Of a stretch of DNA of 64,000 nucleotides, positions 8,794-15,584 are shown in pieces; within the stretch, counting starts at the first letter, position 1, and the number at the start of each line of letters is the position of its first letter. Source of the stretch: an uncultured Actinomycetes bacterium. Lineage in GTDB: Bacteria > Actinomycetota > Thermoleophilia > UBA2241. Position numbers and translations under genes: made by a program. The notes under the pieces are model-generated. The model was given only the letters and a program-made list of their open reading frames with translations. It was not told the origin of the DNA and did no database searches. The stretch spans positions 384,001 through 448,000 of the forward strand of contig CAVRZA010000002.1 in the NCBI GenBank assembly GCA_963725665.1, written 5' to 3'.

Positions 8794-8964
8794 TCAGAGC
8801 GTTGCGCTTGGCGTGAAGGGCGGCCGATCCAGGATCAGCCTCGCCGTGTAGGGCGATGCGCTCAGGTCTGTGGGGTCGATCGTGCCGCAGACCCAGACCC
8901 AGTCGCCGATCTTGATGTCGCGGAGGCCGGCAGCGGTCTTGGAGCCCTCCCGGCAGCGGAAGAG
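8794..8964 (-). pseudogene. 3' remnant of a gene (DUF5666-like OB repeat) fused to the IS21 fragment
   Basis: Manual translation LFRCREGSKTAAGLRDIKIGDWVWVCGTIDPTDLSASPYTARLILDR...*; no start codon of its own. Confidence 0.45.
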
Positions 8965-9542
8965 GAGCTGTCACGGTCGATGACCAGCTTGGCGGGCACA
9001 CCTCCCAGGCGGGTAAGGCAGCCGAGCAGCGCCGGCACGGCGTCGGCCGTCGTCTGGGAGTGGGTAAAGACGACGGCGTGGGCGCCCGAGAAGGGCAGCG
9101 TGGCAACGAAGCCGTAGGCCTTGCGCAGAACGCCTTTGCCCACCGGCACCTCGATGCCGGTGTCCCACCAATCGGCCTGCAGCAACTCCCCGGGCACGTA
9201 GGTCGTCCGTCCATGGAGTTCGCGAGGGGCGTAGCGCGGCCGGATCTCGCGCAAGTGGTCCTTGAGGATGGAGATGCCGCCGCCGTAGCCGAGCGTCCGC
9301 AGACGCTCGAGGATGACGGTCGCCGGGGCCGTGTGGTCGTCGTTCAGCAGTTGCTCGATCTCGGCCCTGAAGGGATCGAGCAGCGAGCCGGCACGGGCGC
9401 GCTCGTAGCGCGGCGGCGTCTGCAGAGCGAGCAAGCGATAGACGGTTCCGGGGCTGCAGCCCAGACGCTTGGCGATGCGCCTCTTGGGCACGCCCTCCCG
9501 TGCCAGCTCCCGCACCTTCACCCAGTCGTGCACCTGATACAC
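8965..9542 (-). pseudogene. istA: IstA transposase, N-terminal ~190 aa only
   Basis: HTH (KRRIAKRLGCSPGTV), SLLDPFR, GYGGGISILK, PGELLQADW, LGGVPAKLVIDR, then similarity stops. Confidence 0.88.
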
Positions 9543-9656
9543 CCCTTCCTCCCTTGCGCGCTTTGCCTTGCGCAAGGGTTCGTCACCGGTCGCGTGCTTC
9601 AAGAGTGTTCAGTTTTCGACCGGCGCAGAGTGTTCAGTTTTCAACCGTCGTCGACA
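8965..9656 (-). mobile_element. Truncated IS21-family element (left end plus 5' istA)
   Basis: TG terminus at 9656; 16-bp repeats agagtgttcagttttc at 9602 and 9627; no istB or right end. Confidence 0.88.
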
Positions 9657-10138
9657 TACCGTCCTGAGCGTGGAAGACGGGAGTCGAGTGCTACCTGAAG
9701 GTGACGAGAGCCAACCAGAGCCGCTGAGTCTGGTTGCAGACGGGTTGCAGAACCGCCCACTCATCGTCTCATTGACCTCCACGCCCGTAGGGAAGGGGTC
9801 GTGGCTCGAATCCGGTGGCGCCCCCCCGCATCTAGGGGACTCCTCGCTCGCACCCCTCCGCTGAGCCCGTCGGCTGCAACCACTTAGCAACGCAAATGGG
9901 CGGCTTTGGGCAGCATCCGGCGGGGGAGCGCCTGGCGTGATTGCCTATGCTTGCCGCCGCCGCGGCTCCGCGTGATCTCATGCGGGCTCAGGCCTCATAG
10001 GAGTCCGCTGGGCTCTTCTCCCTACTCATCTGCTGCGTAATCGGTTCTTAATCGAGGCCACGTCATGCTGCCTCCGCGACTGTCAGTCGTGGGTCGCATC
10101 CAGCGCGAGGCGACCCCACAACCGAGAAGGAGGAGAGC

Positions 10139-10558
10139 ATGAAGAGGATGACTGCGGCGGTTGTCGCCGTGAGCGCAGTCCTGATGGCGTTCGCGCTGAC
10201 GAGCGTCTCGCCGGCGCAAACGGGAGCAGCGGCCAAGGGTGCGGGATCTGCCATGGCCAGCTTGAGGGCCGACGCGTCTTGCCACGACCCCTGTGACGAC
10301 CCCTTCTGGCTGAAGGCGTGGGTGAAGGACGCCAACGGGAAAGGCATCGGCGGCGTCAAGGTGAGGTTCTCGTTCCGGCTCGCGACAGGGCAGGTCACAG
10401 GTCACGCGCACACCAACGCCGCGGGATACGCTCACCTGCACGTGAAGCTGACTCCCTCTACGGCCCCGGGAGGCGTACGTGTGAAGGTCACCGCCCGGGC
10501 CACCCACGACGGCGTCAGCCGGACGGCGACGACCTGGTTCACCCCCAACTACAGCTGA
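10139..10558 (+). CDS. Secreted Ig-like (Big_1-like) domain protein
   Basis: Signal peptide; VKDANGKGIGGVKVRF...TNAAGYA pattern; AAGGAGG RBS. Confidence 0.7.
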   Translation: MKRMTAAVVAVSAVLMAFALTSVSPAQTGAAAKGAGSAMASLRADASCHDPCDDPFWLKAWVKDANGKGIGGVKVRFSFRLATGQVTGHAHTNAAGYAHLHVKLTPSTAPGGVRVKVTARATHDGVSRTATTWFTPNYS

Positions 10559-10794
10559 TCGGCGGCTGGGCGTCGACCCAGCGCCGAGGCCGGAGCGGCG
10601 TGCTCCCTCGGCGGCGATGTGCCCCCTTGGCGGCGAACCACGGGGCTACAGAGGGGCGACATACGGGGCGGCGGGCAAGCAGCCTGCCGCCCCGACTCAG
10701 TCCGGTCGCTCCGTCAGAGGGAGTGCGGATACCGGCGCAACCGCCGCCGGGGATCCCATTCCGAGGGCAAGGGCAAACTGAAGACCGGCACAGC

Positions 10795-12069
10795 TCAGCC
10801 CCGCTCCGCAAACCGAAGGCCGACCTCGCCCTCACCCAAGGTCGCCGCAGCCGTCTTGCGCCCCTTCCAGACGTTCGCCATCCGCCCCGGGTTGTCCAGC
10901 ACCAGCGAGACCGCGGCGACGAAGTAGAACGCAGTGAACAGCCGCCGTGTCTCCTCTCCCGCCAGGCCCATGAAGGCGTCGCCTGGAAGCAGACCGATCA
11001 ACGAGGGTGCCAGCAACTGCCCGGCGAAGAGGCCAAACAGTAGCAGGGCGTGGCCGAGCGACAGCCTGAGGGAGGCGAGGACCACCACCGCGAGCACCGA
11101 CTGGGCCGCCGTAAGCAGGATCTCGTCCATCTGGAGCCGGCCCATCGGGATGGGGTGGGCCAGTGACCCGTGGGCGAGCGCGTAGACGCCCGGGATCATG
11201 CCCACCAGCAGTGTCCACTGGTTCACCTTCGCCGAGAGGAGGCTGCCGAGCCCCAGGGCCGCCCGGCCGCTGAACGCCAGCATCAAGGCGACGATGAACT
11301 CGGGCGCTTCGGAGGCGATCGGTGCAAGCCACTGCACAAGGAGGAACTCGTCGACGCCCAGCACGGCACCCGTTTGCACGAGGCCCTCGCTGAACGGCGC
11401 GGCGTTGATCACGATCGTGCCCGCGGCCGTTGCGAACAGTGCCATGGTCACGAAGCGTCGACGACGTCTGGGCAGACTGATCAGGAGTCTCGCCGGCCCA
11501 TGGGCCTCACTCGCGGTGACCGGACGGCGGGCCGCCGTCGACATGTACCACACGTAGATGCCGAGGAACACGACGCCGTCGTACCAGGCGAGCGTGCCCT
11601 TGACCGGGATGACGAGCGCATACGCGGTCGCCAGACCCAGGAAGAACAACTCCGTGCGACGGTCTCCGTCGAGGCGGACGGGGCTCCGCGTCCTGCTCCA
11701 GCAGATGAACGCGACGGCCGCCCAGGCGACTCCGATCAGCAGCCGGTTGGCTCCGGTCATGTTGGCGATGGCGTAGCTCGCGTACTCGCTGTCGGGATTC
11801 GTACCGGCTTGCCACGTGAAGTACATGTCGACCGCATACTCCGGGAGCACGGCGATCAGCGCGACGACGGCGAGAGCCAGGGCCTGCGAGACATCGGCCT
11901 GAGCCGCGTCGCAAGCCCAGACGAGCAGGAACGCGGCACCGAAGATGGCCGCGCCCGCAACGAGTGCCTGCAGGGGTGGGTCGAGCGGGATACCCATGAA
12001 GCGCACGACCATGCCGGGTAGGATTGCGGCAAGGGCGAGAGCCATCGGCGCAAGCTTGCGGGCGACCAT
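10795..12069 (-). CDS. CaCA-family cation/Ca2+ antiporter
   Basis: Polytopic; alpha-repeats AVLPEYAV...ANMTGAN and ASEAPEF...SAKVNQ; GGAGG RBS before the ATG at 12069. Confidence 0.88.
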   Translation of the reverse strand: MVARKLAPMALALAAILPGMVVRFMGIPLDPPLQALVAGAAIFGAAFLLVWACDAAQADVSQALALAVVALIAVLPEYAVDMYFTWQAGTNPDSEYASYAIANMTGANRLLIGVAWAAVAFICWSRTRSPVRLDGDRRTELFFLGLATAYALVIPVKGTLAWYDGVVFLGIYVWYMSTAARRPVTASEAHGPARLLISLPRRRRRFVTMALFATAAGTIVINAAPFSEGLVQTGAVLGVDEFLLVQWLAPIASEAPEFIVALMLAFSGRAALGLGSLLSAKVNQWTLLVGMIPGVYALAHGSLAHPIPMGRLQMDEILLTAAQSVLAVVVLASLRLSLGHALLLFGLFAGQLLAPSLIGLLPGDAFMGLAGEETRRLFTAFYFVAAVSLVLDNPGRMANVWKGRKTAAATLGEGEVGLRFAERG

Positions 12070-12103
12070 TTGGACCTCCGGGTGCATCCTCATGACCTGA
12101 CGG

Positions 12104-12225
12104 TGCGGCGCGAGCCGCTCGATCGTCGCTGCCGCGCATCGACGATGCGCCGGTGAGCGGTGGAGCGGAGGCTCACCGATGACGACCCGCCGGGGCCCGG
12201 AGGACGGACCCTGCTACTCCCCGCA
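12104..12225 (-). promoter_or_regulatory. yybP-ykoY (Mn2+) riboswitch-like leader, variant or degenerate
   Basis: GCGGGGAGTAGC, P2 hairpin, GTCGTCATC-GGTGAGC..GCTCACC-GGC, P1 TGCGG/CCGCA; the canonical 3' GCAAGACC is absent. Confidence 0.7.
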
Positions 12226-12258
12226 AGCGGATGGGCGTTCCGATCGTGACGGGTGGCG

Positions 12259-12278
12259 CCTTAAGACATCCTTAAGAC
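12259..12278. promoter_or_regulatory. OmpR-family direct-repeat box
   Basis: ccttaagac-at-ccttaagac (11-bp period) between the divergent antiporter and response regulator. Confidence 0.6.
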
Positions 12279-12304
12279 GGACCTGCTATCGTCCCCTCTC
12301 AGCC

Positions 12305-12964
12305 ATGGATGTGCTTATCGTAGAAGACAACCGCCGACTGGCCGCCAACGTGCGACGCTATCTCGAGCTCGAAGGCTACTCGGCGGACGTCGCCTACGAC
12401 GGCGTCGACGGCCTCGAGAAGACTCTCGCGACGGCGCCGGATTGTCTCATCCTCGACCTCAACCTCCCCCGACTCGACGGCCTCGAGGTCTGCACGAGGC
12501 TGCGTGACAACGGCGTCGCCGTCCCCATCCTCATGCTCACGGCCCGCAGCGACACGCGGGATGTCGTGCGAGGCCTCGACACCGGCGCCGACGACTACCT
12601 CGTCAAGCCGTTCGAGATGGAGGAGCTCCTGGCCCGCGTGCGCACCCTGCTCCGCCGCCCCGTCGCCGATCGCGGTCCGGTGCTCAGAGCCGGCGAGGTC
12701 GTCGTCGACACGAACAGCCACGAGGTGCGCAGGGGTGGGAAGGTCGTCCATCTCGCGCCGCGAGAGTACGACCTGCTTGAGTACCTGCTGCGCAACAGAG
12801 GGGTGGCTCACGATCGCCTGAAGCTCATCGAAGATGTCTGGGGCGAGTACGACGACCTGCTGTTCTCCCAGACCGTCGACGTGCACGTGGCCTACCTGCG
12901 CCGCAAGCTGGGCAAGGACCTGATCACGACGGTGCCCGGCAAGGGCTACCTGATCCCCGGCTAG
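12305..12964 (+). CDS. OmpR/PhoB-family response regulator
   Basis: LIVEDN, ILDLNLPRLDG, GADDYLVKPF, wHTH VDVHVAYLRRKL...GKGY. Confidence 0.95.
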   Translation: MDVLIVEDNRRLAANVRRYLELEGYSADVAYDGVDGLEKTLATAPDCLILDLNLPRLDGLEVCTRLRDNGVAVPILMLTARSDTRDVVRGLDTGADDYLVKPFEMEELLARVRTLLRRPVADRGPVLRAGEVVVDTNSHEVRRGGKVVHLAPREYDLLEYLLRNRGVAHDRLKLIEDVWGEYDDLLFSQTVDVHVAYLRRKLGKDLITTVPGKGYLIPG

Positions 12965-12973
12965 GATAGCCAG

Positions 12974-14132
12974 ATGTTCTCGCGGCTTCGCCTCGAGACT
13001 GGCGCTGCAGTTCACGGCCATCGTGTTCGTGCTTACGTTGCTCGCCGGTGTGGTCTTCCTTGCGATCGAGTATGTCGAGACGCACCGTCACCTCGATCGA
13101 AGCCTCGAGCTCTCGGCGCACATTGCTGGTGACATCTACCTCCCCCTTGATGCGGAGGAGGCGGCCTGGTTGCGCCGCCGTGACGCCGCCGTGCGCATCG
13201 TCGGCCCTGACGGTTCAGTGCTCTACGAGGCCGACGCGTTCGCGCGCCTGCGCGTGCCGGTCGGCTCAACGGGCTTCACGAGCGTGCGGCTGGGTGCGGA
13301 CACGTACCGCATCTACACCACGCGACTGCCCAACGGCGGACTACTCCAGCTGGCCGCCCTCGATCGCATCGGCATCGCTCAGCTCAAGGGCGAGGCCCGC
13401 GTGTTCCTCCTCGCCAGCGTGGCGGTCTCGCTGATCACGTTCCTGGCAGGGCTGTATTTCGCGCGGAGGAGCCTGGCTCCGGCGGAGAGGATGTTCGCCC
13501 AGCTCACGCAGTTCACACACGACGCCAGCCACGAGCTGCGCACGCCGCTTGCAGTGGTCAACTCGGAGCTCGATCTCGCCCTGCGCACCGGCGACTACGA
13601 GAAGGGCGTGAGAGCTGCCAAGGAGGAGCTCCGGCAAGGTTCGGAGATCGTAGAGGGCCTGCTCCAGCTGGCCTCGCTGGACAGCGCCACGCTCGACGCC
13701 AACCCGTTCGACCTGTCGGCGCTCGTGCAGCGCGAACTCGAGCGCGTCGAGCCACTCGCTGCCGAGCGCGACATAGAGCTTCAGGACAGCGTCGCTCCCT
13801 CGGTCACCGCTCGCGGCGGCGACCGCCTCGTGAGGCAGCTCACGGCCAACCTGCTGGGCAACGCCCTCAAGTTCACGCCCCGTGGCGGTCAAGTCACCGT
13901 GTCTCTCACGCGCGACGAGCTGCGTGTGAGCGACACCGGGCCCGGCATCCCTGCGGCCGAGCTCGAGCACATCTTCGAGCGCTTCTACCAGTCCGACACG
14001 TCACGGGCCCAGGAGGGGCACGGACTCGGACTGGCCATCGCGAGACGCATCGCCGATGTCCACGGGTGGCGGATCTGGGCCGAGAGCCAAGCCGGCGACG
14101 GGGCGACCTTCGTGGTCTCGCTTCGCGGCTGA
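12974..14132 (+). CDS. Sensor histidine kinase (HisKA/HATPase), apparent +1 frameshift at ~12995
   Basis: DASHELRTPL, NLLGNALKF, DTGPGI, GLGLAI; MFSRLRL joins RLALQFTAIV if one G is removed. Confidence 0.9.
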
Positions 14133-14303
14133 TCTCGCCGGGGCAACCTAGCCGGACCGGACGGTTCTGGTGCCCCAGACGACTCGGCTCCCTTGACAAG
14201 CTCCGCACATCCTCCACGTCGTTAACCAGCTCTTAGGGACCCTTCAGTGACACTGTCGGCGAGACAGGGGCGGACCAAGCGTCCGCGATCGCAGGAGGAT
14301 GCT

Positions 14304-14780
14304 ATGAGGAGACTGTGCGTGATGGCCGTCGTGCTGGTGTTGGGCGCTGTGTCTGCCGGTGCGGCGTTCGCCGCCGTGAGCTCCAGCCGCTCGATGGCTC
14401 CGCCGGCCTCTGACCAGACCGGCGATGCCGTCGCGGGCGACGAGGCGGCCAAGTCGAAGGGCAAGGCCGTCGGCAAGAGCGCGTCGGCAGCGACGAAACC
14501 GCGCGCGAAGCCTCACTCGACTAAGGCGTCACCGCGCGTCTCTCCGCCTCCGACGCCCATCACGGGTGCTGTTGTGCACGACCCCGACGACTGCGGCGAT
14601 GTGTGCCTCGACAGCACGCCGGATAGCGACGATTGCGCGATCGACGACTGCTCCGCAGATGACTGCTCCACCGACGACTGCTCGGCCGACGGCACGCCGA
14701 CACAGCCCGCCAGTCCTTCCGGTATCGACGACGACGGAGACGGCGACGGCGGCGACTGTGGCGAGGCCGACGGCGATTGA
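14304..14780 (+). CDS. Secreted Asp/Cys-rich repeat protein
   Basis: Signal peptide ending AFA; DDC repeats from 15-bp units at 14628-14687; AGGAGG RBS. Confidence 0.7.
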   Translation: MRRLCVMAVVLVLGAVSAGAAFAAVSSSRSMAPPASDQTGDAVAGDEAAKSKGKAVGKSASAATKPRAKPHSTKASPRVSPPPTPITGAVVHDPDDCGDVCLDSTPDSDDCAIDDCSADDCSTDDCSADGTPTQPASPSGIDDDGDGDGGDCGEADGD

Positions 14781-14908
14781 TCCCCCCGGGCCCCTCCCAC
14801 CCCTGAGACGGGGGGCGGCAGCTTCGCCCCACGCGAGCTGCCATGGGCGGCGGAACCGCAGAACAGCGGGTCCGCCGCCCGCTCAAGTCCACGCCGAGGA
14901 GCAGTGCT

Positions 14909-15235
14909 ATGAAGAAGACCCTGCGGACCATCCGTACCGACATCAGCTTCCTGACCGGTCTCTGCCTGGCGGGCTTCGTCGTGCTGGCAGTTCTCACAGG
15001 CACGGGCATGGACGAGCGTGTCGAGCTGTTCGTCTCGCCTGACGACCTGCACGCCCTGGCCGGCTACGGACTTGCCCTCGTCGCCGCCCTACATGTCCTT
15101 TTGCAGACAGGCAGGATGAGGTCATACCTCTCGCGCAGGCTGAGGTCCGTCGTCGTGGCATCGAGAGATCAGCGACGTCGCGAGGTCGGCCACCGCACGA
15201 TGAGCCCGCACCGACGGATTCTTACCCCCGAATGA
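14909..15235 (+). CDS. Small 2-TM membrane protein with paired His (DUF4405-like)
   Basis: LHALAGY...LHVLL helix; GAGGAG RBS. Confidence 0.55.
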   Translation: MKKTLRTIRTDISFLTGLCLAGFVVLAVLTGTGMDERVELFVSPDDLHALAGYGLALVAALHVLLQTGRMRSYLSRRLRSVVVASRDQRRREVGHRTMSPHRRILTPE

Positions 15236-15254
15236 CCAACCGAAGGAGACGACC

Positions 15255-15584
15255 ATGAGGTGTCCGAACTGCGATGTCCAGTTGCTGATGGCGGAGCGTC
15301 AAGGCGTCGGCATCGACTACTGTCCCCAGTGCCGTGGGATCTGGCTCGAGCGGGGCAAGCTCGACGAGATCATCCACGGCGTCTCTCAGTCCGACGAGGC
15401 ACCGGGCCCCAAGACCGCGAGCCGCTTACCGTACGACAAGTGGTCCGACGAGGAGCGAAGGGATCACAGCGACGCGCGTCAAAGCGGCTACCGCGACGAA
15501 CACGACCGCGACGACGGAGACCAAAAGCGCAAGAAGAAGTCGAGCTTCCTTGGCGACATCCTGGGAGGCATCGGGGGCGGATGA
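15255..15584 (+). CDS. zf-TFIIB domain protein
   Basis: MRCPNC...IDYCPQCRGIWLERGKLDEI...KKKSSFLGDI. Confidence 0.9.
   Translation: MRCPNCDVQLLMAERQGVGIDYCPQCRGIWLERGKLDEIIHGVSQSDEAPGPKTASRLPYDKWSDEERRDHSDARQSGYRDEHDRDDGDQKRKKKSSFLGDILGGIGGG

Noticed and set aside
9772-9806. MerR/CueR-type promoter (TTGACCTCC...GGAAGG)
   Set aside because: Dyad spacing is off, there is no clear -10 and no downstream target gene
10040-10105. Degenerate tRNA-like att remnant (also 18399-18433, resembling a tmRNA end)
   Set aside because: Similarity too short and degenerate, and it does not match the tRNA-Arg 3' end
15260-15580. N-terminal extension of the P-type ATPase (1026-aa ORF)
   Set aside because: Overlaps the zf-TFIIB gene in another frame; the real start is at 15581 or later
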